From positions 21,142,001 to 21,206,000 of the forward strand of contig OZ287756.1 of assembly GCA_965649765.1 (NCBI GenBank): a DNA stretch of 64,000 nucleotides, given 5' to 3'. Positions 15,501 through 27,500 of the stretch are shown in pieces. Positions within the stretch are counted from its first letter, which is position 1; each line of letters begins with the position of its first letter. Made by a program: the position numbers and the translations under genes. The stretch comes from Bispira polyomma. Taxonomy: Eukaryota. The notes below the pieces were generated by a model that made no database searches, was not told where the DNA came from, and saw nothing but the letters and a program-made list of their open reading frames with translations.

Positions 15501-18500
15501 TTCCATCCTGTAAAGAGCACTGAGTCTCTGGAGATGTTGAAAGGTGAGAAGATTATTAGTAAGAAGTGAAGTCACCGCAGCTCCCCCTAGTAAAGAGATG
15601 ATCTCACACTAAGCTGTCAAATAATTAGCCAAAAGGTTACTGATGTATATAGGTCATGAGGATGTTTTGGTAAACCTCTGTATATTTAGAAAGGGAATTT
15701 AGTGCTGTGGTGACGTAGTAGTTAAGAGTGGCAGCTTCATGATCACCGGTCTCACACCATTGTTGGTTCCAATTCGTTCTTTTACGTGGGAAAGCTTGTA
15801 AGGTATATTCCTTAGATATGTGCTTCTTTCCACCATTAACTCTACCCACGATGATATGACCGAGACTGTTGAAAGCGACTAAATTTAAATTCAGTTGGTC
15901 ACATATGGATTCATTAATTTAAAAAAGATTGTTTGTTATTTAATGAGTTCAATCAATGCATATGAAGGCATACGTTGGTGAATTATTTATACTGTTTTTG
16001 TGAAACCTAACTTCATTTATTGTGTTTACAGTTTATTAGTGGCAAAGGGTTAATGGTACAACCTCCATCAAAGGCAATATGATATAATTTTCTTGTGAAG
16101 TACAACTGAATTCAAATGAACATAGTTGCTTCCCCGAAAAAAAATTCTTAAAGAAATTACCAAGCAAAGCATGCGATGGGCAAGAAATCCTAAGTCACAA
16201 GCACAGGACAACAGATGTCAAGAACATGAAAGTTGTCTTTCACTTGCCAATTTATAAAAAAATAACTGTTAATAGTGGGCTGTAGCCCTATTTAAGTTAA
16301 TTCACTCAGTACAATGTCTTGCATAGTCACAAAAGTGTTATGGATCATAATCCACCCGTTCTAATGTGGTCATGCATATCCAGACCACCAGACAGAGTGG
16401 GAAAACCTGGAAAGGAGTAGAACCTACAATTAAAGGGAATTTTTCAACAAATTGGTAAGTTAAAGACAACTTTCGTTTTCTTGACATCTGTAAATCTGTA
16501 TGCTTGTGACTTTAGATTTCTTGCCCATTACACAATTTTCTGTGTAATGTTCTAAGGAAAGGATTTTTGGAAGCAACAAAAGCTTAGAATAATTAAAATG
16601 GATATTTTAATTCAAATACATATCAAAATAATTAAAATTCCCCACACTTTTTAAATTACCTACATTTATATGACCGAGTCCTATTTTATTTTGACCTGTG
16701 TATTTTCATAGTTACAAACTTTCTTTGGATTGAAATAGAATTGAACTCAAAAGAAAAACAATATCATGCATTACACAATTGAACTCAAATGTAAACAATA
16801 TCATGCATTACACAAGATATTTTATTTGTTGAAGTAAAGGAAATCCTATAGTGATGAATGAAATAGAAAGGTAATTGCATGCTGTTAATATATTGAATTA
16901 AATTGAGGTATTTTCTTTAGACAATTATAATAAGAGCCTGATATGTTTGACAATATCTATATCAATGGTGAAATGTCAGTAGGTGTATATTTTTTCTAAT
17001 GTAATGATTAAAGGTGAGTAAGTTTTCAATATTTTAGAATAATGAATAGCAGAGATTTTTTTTATGAGATGTTTATATTTATGGGCTTATCACTTAACCT
17101 ACTATGAGTAGGTAATTAAAAAATAGACATAGCTATATATATAAATACTTATTGCTACTCCTTTCTAAAAATGTATACTACAAATGTTACAGTCATTGAA
17201 AATAATACATGTATCACAGTGTCACAAGTAGATGGAATTACATCCAACTTTATATGGTATTAATGTCATTGAAATATATACATATATGATGAGCAAGCAG
17301 CCCAGAAATAGAATAAAGACTTGTTTTTATTATTTATTTTTGGATCTTTTTCAACATACATCATTGCCTCTGTACAAGAGAATACATAACTGGCAACCAT
17401 AGTCACTAAGATTTTTATTTTAAAATTTTGACTCAATCAATTTGAATGGTGTTTCAAAGAATATGATTGGCTGAAATTTCAATCCTAATCCCAGAATTGT
17501 TGTAAATATGGCCCTTGAGCAGTATCTTAGTAGTATCATTTTAAGTATATTCTTAGTGTATTGTACAGCAGGACACTTACTACTGGTAAATACAGGTTCT
17601 TGACTCGTGAAAATGCCCTGAATAATATTTACGACTTGTGAGCCTGACTTGTAACATGTGAGGATCCAAAGCATTCCACTATTTGTACTTGACATTAAAA
17701 ACAAAACAATTCCATTAGTTTTAGTCAGTGTAAAATCTTCACTAATCAACCTCTTCAATGAACTGATCAGTAAAAGTGAGACTTGCAACAGTGATAAATA
17801 AATTCTTTGCTATAATATTCTTCGATAATAGCAGCACCGGTTCTGGACATTTTGTGTCATCAACTAAATACTGTTATCAAAAGTTCAATTGCAACATTCA
17901 TTCTTTTTTTGCTCTTTGCATTGTTCCTGAAGCAACACATTAACATTTGTTTAACAATTTGTGTCATCATCACTCGCGGCTGGTGTATGGTGTGACAGAT
18001 TCCATAACATATGGCATGAATTTCACAGTTCAAGAATAACAATAAACACAAATTTGACAAATATGCTATAGAAACTGCCAAGGAAATGTTCACATTTTGA
18101 ATGATATAGATATCCTGAAATAACTACAACGAATGGATGTAATGTAAGGCACTAGCTGACAAATCAGTATTCAGTTTAGATACTTTCCCTTTAAAATCCC
18201 CTTAAAATAATAGATTTCTGCACTTTAAAATCTCAGTGTTTGTTGACTTTTGCCACTTAATATTCCCCAACACATGTGGCCTCTGTGGTCCTGTGTAATG
18301 CAAAATGGCCCTCAGAGTGAGTGTTGATATGTAGCACATATTACCTCTATGTCCTAGTTATAGTAGAGAACATTTTTATAACTTTCTTTGTACTCTTTAA
18401 TCTGTAATGATGCATGTAATTTTTTAGCCATTTGCATAAACAATCACAGATAAGAAAAGGGGACGGGAGTGGTGAAGTCTCTACACTGTATTACACTATT

Positions 18501-21500
18501 TTTTACTTGTCGGAGAATGGATATAGTCGAACAACATAGCATTGGTCATTATCATCAGTATAAAATGTGGTGTTGTCCATCTTGATTAAGGATGGTCTTG
18601 CTTGATGGCATTGTGACTTTACCAAGGGTCGAACCAAGTATATATTAGGTATATATTTTTTTAAATATTTCAGCTCTTGACCTTGGTGACCTTAGTCACC
18701 AGTAGTGAAAATCAATTCCCAGTGAAAATTTAAATTTTAATTATTGTTTAAGGAACCAAGGCTTATAAGGAAAAACTAATTTCAGGGAAATTCTTAAAAA
18801 TAGTAAAATTTGTAAAATTTCTACAGTATCCCTGTGCTCAATGTCATTATTTCATGAATCATTTGTGTAATTTTTCTTTGTTATTGTTTGAGTACCATCT
18901 AGACAATACAGCCAGGATATTTCACAAGCCTCGTAACAGACAAGGGATATTACTTCATATATACCTACAGAGTTACAGCAATAATACCAGGCCTAGTTTT
19001 CTGATATTACAAGTCTCCCACAAATGATGAATTATGTAGACAATGGTTTTATTGGATCTGTTGTGGGAGATTGAGAACTGGCTCATCACTAGGTAGTACT
19101 TGTAGTAAATTATGTATAATATGTATAGGTTATAAACTAAGATCACTAGAATTTTTTTTCCTCTCTGCCATTTAAGCATGGTCTATGACCAGATAAATTA
19201 AATTAATTTTCTACCTGGGAGTCGTGACATTTCAACCTGGCCTTTTTTTGGAGTTTCATTGAAACCTCAGGGTTCAATTGCACCTCCTGCTTCCCTTTTA
19301 TGACGTCATGCAATGTGAAATGCTGTCATTTTGGATTCTCAGCCTTTTGTAAAAATGGCTAAAAGAAGGTGGACTTTAACTACAGATCTAATATATAATC
19401 TTCAGTTCTACGAACCTTATATATGTATATTTACATGGATTTAATACTTTATAAAGCCACAGAAAATCTTCCTAAGAATGTATGATATAACAGCGCTTTA
19501 AAAGAGTATCTGCATTGTCTCTTGGCGAACCCTATTTTTTGGTGCATATTGTCAAAGACAAGAACATTGAGATATATAGAATGTCTGTCAAAAATGGAAA
19601 CTAAAAATAGAGCATATGCTTGATTTCCAGGTGTCATGTTGTATAAGAAAAGTCTTACAGAAAGAACCTAAAAAATAAATTCTGTTTTACAAGAACGGTG
19701 TTTTAAAATCTGCCAGCCTTTTGAATTCCTATGCTTAAAAGCTCTATTGAGACAGATGTTGACTTGTCCAGGTTTTATTCTCATTCACTATTATAACGGT
19801 ATTTGAGATGTGGCACAAAAACATCAGTTTTAGGCTTCTGAATAAAGAGAGTCGCTGAAGAGCAGCCGATTACCTGATAACGGAAGAAGCAGAAAAATAC
19901 GGGAGACCTAAGGGAGGAGATCTCAAACTTTTTAATTCATTCACTTTAATTTTTAACAAAATGTAGAGATGGTCTCTTAACTTATGAAATGCTTTTGAGT
20001 TTGGTGTTGTGGCCCAACTGTATTATAAACTTTATTTTGCTTCATTTTGTGATGGAATCACCGTTAGTATAAGGTTTAACGTCTACAAAAGATAGCAGTA
20101 TGTTTTGTTTAATACCAGTTTCCACTATAATAGCCCTCCTTTGTAAATTAAAATAATAACATCACTTTATGAGACATATTTACAAATGTAAGTAACCCTT
20201 TTGAAATCTTAACATATATAAAATATGACTTTTTCATTTTGATCACTAAATTACAGTTTATTTCACCCTTTCAGACTGAAACGAGTTTATTATTGCTTGA
20301 GCTTTAGGGACACTTTGTTTGTTTGGTATTAGCTAAAAGAGGTTAATGTAAGAGGCCTTTTATTAGGTTTTTGCTGCCATACTTAAATGATATAAAGATA
20401 AAACACTGTCTTCCATTTGATAACCGAATATATTTTTTTTTACCCCTCTGGTGAGAATTGCTTTTAAATAACACATATTTTTTCATACATCATCTCTGTG
20501 CGTTGTTTTTTTCTTATTGTCCCCATTTAGACACTTAATACAGCCAGGATATTTCACAAGCCTCGTAACAGACAAGGGATATTACTTCATATATACCTAC
20601 AGAGTTACAGCAATAATACCAAGCCTAGTTTTCTGATATTACAAGTCTCCCACAAATGATGAATTATGTAGATAATGGTTTTATTGGATCTGTTGTGGGA
20701 GATTGAGAACTGGCTCATCACTAGGTGCCCACTTTTGTTCTGCTTGTTCTTTTTAATTTTAAAAATTTTATTATAAATTTCTGTCACAATAATTCAGTTT
20801 TGATTGATATAAATATCAGTTAATAAGACCACAAATTAGAGAATACCTCAAATATATAAATTTAAAATCAAAATCATCTACCACATGGGGCTAGTAATAT
20901 ACTTGCTTATGAACACAGATGGCCTGGGTTCAATCCCGCTCTTGATTGACCAAGTACAGAGAGATATGATGTGGCTCAGACAACTACCTTAACATGCCAT
21001 GTTTTCCGGTCATTAATACCACTATCAGTAGCAGGCTAAGGATCCTTGGAGACATTGATATATTGTCATCCTCAAGCTAGCCCATTGTCTTCAGTTGAAG
21101 AAATAACAGTTACTGGTGCTGGGCAGTCAAAAAATTGTTGATTAGTGCTTGCAATACCCCGAAAGTGTAAGGAAATTAGATCAGTATTCATTGTGAATAC
21201 AATAGAATCATATATAAATTGTATTTAGAGTAATAACAACAATATTTATTTTAAAGGGTAAATCTCAGTAATTTTGATACATTAGGAAACACAAATTTTG
21301 CTTGTGTACTATATTTGCATGCAAAAACAGAATCACTAAAACATATTCCCTGAACATCAAATGTTTTGCAATACTGTCTTTTTATATATGTTTTTGCTCA
21401 CCGTATGATTTTAAATTTTAACCGCTGTTTTATGCCACCCAAGATAGTATCAGAGAAATTTGCATGAGGTTCCTTATTGCTGTCATGATCTTTGTCCAGC

Positions 21501-24500
21501 AACAATATCTGCCAAATTGGCTGTAACTCATTGGCTGTTTGACTAATAAAAGCAGAATTTACAATTTAAAAATAAATTTCATGGAATTTACTCTCACTTA
21601 CAGACCTTTTTTTTACTTAAAACATTAATCCCAGCAGAATGTAAAGCAAAACTCACCCTTAACGTTTGCTATTATATTTAACATGAACTTGTAAAACAGT
21701 AGTACTTTCAGTAAACTATGTATTTTAAATAGAGGTCATCAAATAGTATCACTAGAAATTGTTTCTTTTCCTCTCTGCCATTTAAGCCTGCTCTATGACA
21801 AGATAAATAAAATTAATTTGCTACCCTTGGAGTCGTGACATTTCTACTTGGTTCTGTTTGCTTTGGTTCTATTGTAGCCTCAGGCTTGAATTGCACCCCC
21901 TGCCTCCCTTTTGACGTCAGGTAATAGGATATCATGTTATTTGGATGCTCGGCCTTTTGTCGAAATTGCTACAACAATGTGGACATTATACACCTGTATG
22001 AACAGTAGGTTCAGGACTTAGGATCATTCAAACTATATATATCCAATATATATTCTCAGTTCTAAGAACTTTATCTATTCATACGTGGATTACATACTTT
22101 TAAGCCGCAGAAAATCTCCCAAAGAATGTATGATATTACACTGCTTTAAAAGAATTTCTACATTGTCCCTTGGTGAACCTTATTTGGTGCATATAGTCTA
22201 AGATATTGAGACATATAGAATGTCTGTCGAAATGGAAACTAAAAAATAAGACGATTATTTATTACTAGGGGTCGTGTTGTATAAAAAAAAGTCTTACAGA
22301 AAAAATCTAGAAAAAAATGAAATAAAGTATTTTTATGTGTACAAGAAATATCTAAGAATCTTGACTGTATTTATATTCCTTGATAAAAAGCTCTATTAAC
22401 ACCGATGTTGAGATGAAATATAAAAAGATTCGTTTTAGGATTCTAAATAACGTCAATTGCTGAAGAGCAGCCAATTATCTGGTAACTGAAGAAGCAGAAA
22501 TTTACTGGAGACTGAAGGAAAGAGATGTTAGACTAGAGGCATTGACTTTAAGATCTTCACGAAGATTATTGGGTGGCCGCTTATTTCTTTAATGCTTTTG
22601 AGTTTAGTGTTGTGACTCAATGGTATTGAAAACTTTTCTAAAAACGTTCTATTATTTATTATTATTTTTTACTTATAAAAGATAGTTGGGTATTTGTTAT
22701 GTCTGGTTTAGAAGTGTTAAGCTCAAACTACTCCCTTAAATGTCCCTCCAAGGTGTTTTATGCTACAGTCATTTCCAGAGAGAAATTATATCTGCAAAAC
22801 GTGTCTACAAAATAAAGAGAAACTGGCCTTGTGGGGGTATCCGGTCATATCAGAACTTGCCACCCTACACCTCTAACGTTCATCAAGCCATTTAGGAGAG
22901 TAAATTAATCAGCAAAACTGGCAAAATCAACACAAAATCTTTTCTGAAATATAATCCCCAAAACGATACATTGTAGACACGTGAACAAACCAGTAGCCCT
23001 CATTAGAGGGCACAAGTAGATCTTATTTCTCTATTCTTATCCTTTTTTGTTTCCAAGGCAAAGACATGTAGTTTCAAAGAACAGGTTAACACATTATTTC
23101 ATAAAAAAGTTGGTCACAGAATATTCAGCAGCCTCACGCGTGGAATAAGACTATCTGTTTCACTTCGCCCTGATCGAAAAATTGGAAGGCGCAACTTTGC
23201 TGTCGCGGCACCGGCAGAATAGAACAGGTTGCCACAAAATGTCAGATCCCAGCAGCTCACTTGGTAACAACCTTCGCTTAACAATGGACAATCCCTTTTT
23301 GGAATTCAGCGCATTAGAGGATTTTTTTTATAAATTTTGCGCTATAGAAATGCTTCTACTCTATTAATGGCTTTAGTGTGGATATATGATGTCCTGTAGG
23401 TTACCTGTTACTACTATTGTTTGCTATGGTTATGTACTGCGAGAATGATGAACAAATTGTTGTTATTTTTACTTTTTTTATATGTTATTTTTGTTTTGAA
23501 AAGATATTCCACAGATATATTGTCTGCTGTTTGTGTAATAATATACCATTGTCAAATCATTTATATTTAGTACTTTTTAGTTAAGTTGAGTAAAGGAACC
23601 CTTTGGCTCAAAAAAAATTAAATGTTTATACAAAATATACAAAAAAATTCATAAAAATTCATCAATGTCTTTTGAATAAACATTTCTGACCTTTCTTGTA
23701 CCTAAAATCTCTCTTACTCTTCTATTACTTTATAACTCCCCCTAAAAATATAAAATTGGAAGATTGATATCATCAAAAAGATGACGTCAATGTCTCATCT
23801 AAAGTGTCCAAAATCTTACAAGATAGGGAAAGCTATTGGTTAGAATATGAGTCATTATGAATTGAAATGAAAGCAATGTAAACAACTATGGGTAGACCAG
23901 TTGAAACTATTTCGTGTTTAGCTGATTAGTTACTATAATAAACTATTTAGCACAATATATGTTTCATTGCTGTTTTGTTTACATCACAGGGCAGATCCAG
24001 AAAATGCCAGACGAAATGCTCACGTACAGGTGTATTATACAGGACAGATGCACTGGGTGCCACATCAGGTAAGTGCACTTCTCTATCTACACTTATAAAC
24101 CATGTGTTGTTATATATCTACACTGATATACCATGTGTTTTTATATATCTACACTGATATAATAATAATACTAATATTAATAATAATAGAAACATTTATG
24201 TAGTGCAAAATTTACAAAAATCCTCTAATGTGCTAAATTCCAAAAAGGGATTGTCTGTTGTCGAGCAAAGGTCATTACCAAGTGAGCGCCAACCAGGGAG
24301 TAACTAAAGTCGGGGATATGCTAGTCAGAACATGTGAGTCTTAAGCTGGCTTTGAAAACCTGATATTGTCTGCTGTGGTCTGAGCCGGTGCAGAAAAAGC
24401 AAAGGTGCATCTTCTAATTTGTAGTTTAGGGCGAAGTGAAACTGATAGCCTATTTCCACGAGTGAGGCTGCTGGACTTGATTAAAGAGGATAGGTAGGTA

Positions 24501-27500
24501 GGTTGTGAATTGTTAATAGCCTTGAAAACCAGCAAGTTGTACTTGAAAAGGATGTGATGTTCAATGGGAAATCAGTGTATTTTTTGAAGGTAGGGGGGTG
24601 ACATAACCGAATGTGTCAAGCCTGTAAACAATGCGAGAGAGAGCATTTTAGCCTCTCTGAAGTTTGACAATATTAGTTTTACTGACCCCACATAGTTAGG
24701 AGTTACAACAGTCCAAATGACTACTGACCATAGCATTTGCCACCAGAACTGCAGTATCAATGCTGAGGAATCTACGAATTCAACACAAGTCATGTAGAAG
24801 ATACTAGCAGGCACGGCAAACCTTGGCAATATGGTTGTTGAGGAAGTTGCCTGAGTCAAAGATGACACCCAGGTTTTTTACCTTCGCTGACAAAGTGATA
24901 TTGTTTTGGAGGGATGAAATAGGAAAGTTTAGTGTAAGTGACTTTGTGGTGAGTTTGTTACCCGTATTAATGAACTGTGTTTTATTTGGCTAGAGTTTCA
25001 ATTTTGCATAATCCATCCACTCCTGGACTGATATTAAACAGTCAGTCAGCTCAGCAATACTTGATTCAAAGTTCCTGGAGTCCAGTGCTAAGAATATCTG
25101 TGTGTCATCAGCATACAGGTGATGGGTAACATTAAACTTTGAAATGACTTGACTGAGGGGGGTAGTGCAAAGGGTAAAAGCAAAGGGCCTAAGACAGAAC
25201 CATGAGAACCAGGAGAAAAAAGACCCCAGAAAAACTGCTAACAATTTTGATTTTTTGTTTACCATGTATTGTTATATGTCTACACTTATATACCATGTGG
25301 TGTTATATGTATACACTTATATACCAGTGTTGTTATATATCTACACTGATATACTATGTGTTGTTATATATCTACACTGATATACTATGTGTTGTGATAT
25401 ATCTACACTGATAAACCATGATGCTGTTATATATCTACACAGATATACCATGTACTGATATACCATATGCTAATATATATTTACACTTATATACCATATG
25501 CTGTTTTATATCTACACTAATATACCATGTGCTCTTATATATCTACACTTATATACCATGTACTGTTATATGTCTACACTGATATACCATGTTGCTGTTA
25601 TATATCTGCAATATATACCTTGTATTGTTCTGTGTCGAGACTTCTACAATCTGATTTTACATATAAATACCTGGTACAATAGGGATTACTGATCAGTGTG
25701 TTCGGTTGGAAACTGTGGCTTAGTTTGTTAGACCCATTCCCTGTCTGTAATACGAATTATACAGTTCTGGACCAGATGTCATGGTTGTTTATTTGTAAAA
25801 AAACATGGATTCATTGAAAATCTCAAGCTTTACTAAAATAATTATTCTCTAGCTATATCAAAAGAAGCATTGTATTCAAAGTTAAAACTATTGTTTAAAA
25901 CCAGAATTAAAAGTGTGGGTTTCTGAAATAATAAAAAAGGGATTTCGACAACACTGTACTTTAGTCTTGTGTATGGAACTTTATAACAAGTCTTTCATGT
26001 AAAAAGGAAACATATCAATATAATGATATTACTTTTGTTACAACATATAAAATTAAAAGATATTTATTAAGTAGCACAAATATATTTTGTTTTGAAGGAA
26101 ACGGAGGTCAATGTACACTGAAAGTGCTAAATTTATGTCAGTCTATTGTCTCCTTAAATGTTAGTATTCTCGTTGAGAAAAAGGCCAGCCAGCTATTAAT
26201 TGTATAGTAAGACTTATTTACAGAGATATAAAGCATTTTAGATAAGACCTTGCTGGAAAATTGTTGTTCCAAATGGTGAAGCAAATTAACAAACATTTTC
26301 CTGCATAAAGTTAACTTTGTAAGTTTTACTATTTGATGTTAGTTTGTGTGATAACATAGACTCCTAGTATAATTAGATATCTATTACTTACTACAGTTAC
26401 AAAAACTAATGAAGTGTCGTGCTTATTTGTCTTTGGGTTTCTTGGCCTCCTCAATTAGTCAATTTTAATAATTTTTTCTTGGTTTCTGATGAAACATATC
26501 TAACTCCTTACAAACTTGGAGTGATCATAATTTCCTTTAATTTATTTTACTTTCTCCACTCTCTTTTAATTGCTGTTGTTTTTTTACATTTAAAAATAGT
26601 TTCAACAGCTTAGGTTATTTTACGATGGCCGGATTCAGTGGTTGCAAAAAACTAGTGCTGAAGCACTTTACACCACCGACCTACAGCAAATACAGAACAA
26701 AATTTCCCACATTAAGGAATGTACAGGATTCTCTTACGGTTTCCCCGTAATTGGCTATAAGTGTCTGCTTTAATATCACTAGCCTCTCACCTTTAAGGAC
26801 AGTAGGATCAAATCCCCTTGCTTCCATCACATAGGAAAGTTTGGCCAGGCACTTGCGGTATGTCAGTAGTTTCTAGTAATAAATAGTGCAGATTTCCTCT
26901 ACCAATAAATCTTGCCACAATGTTACCTAAGACCTAAAAGAAACATCTGAAAACTTGCATTCTAGGAAAAAACTAACAACATACCTGCTTGCAAGACATA
27001 CCCTTCATAGCTGTTACATGATCCGAACATCTTGTATGTTAAAACCCAATTCTATCAAAGTATTAGTGATTAAGCACCAAAGTCTGTAATTGTATTGCAG
27101 TTTTGTCTGAAGCACAACATTGAATCAATATAAACTGTAACTCACGGTCATTATACAATCAGTATTATGATCAGTTTTTTTTTTTTAATTTGGATATTTA
27201 ACGTCCACTCTAGTATCTGTTTAGGTTATATTGGGATGGGTAGTTGGAAACACTGGAGGAAACACTGCATACAGTTGATCAAGGTTCTGCACTGAAACCA
27301 GCGGCCCACAGTAAGGAACTACCACCTTTCCCACATAGGCATCGGTGGGATTCGAACTCATGCCGCCCAGAGGTGAGAGACTGGTGATTGTGAAGCGCAA
27401 TGCTTGCTAACCACTAGGACACCGTGGCCCTGTATTATGATCGGTAAAGGATGGGGTGTTCACATCTTGCGAAAGGATGTTATCCCTCAATGACCATTAT

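Noticed and set aside
19024-19061. C-box ATGATGA just inside a terminal stem, suggesting a C/D snoRNA
   Set aside because: The D-box position reads CTGT rather than CTGA, and the enclosed region (~37 nt) is too short
19855-19900. CTGAAGA...GAAA hammerhead-like core, repeated near 22460
   Set aside because: No stem II closing directly onto GAAA and no stems I/III with an NUH cleavage site
27330-27430. tRNA gene
   Set aside because: A and B boxes are followed by a SINE body, A-tail and TSD, with no complete cloverleaf; it is a SINE head
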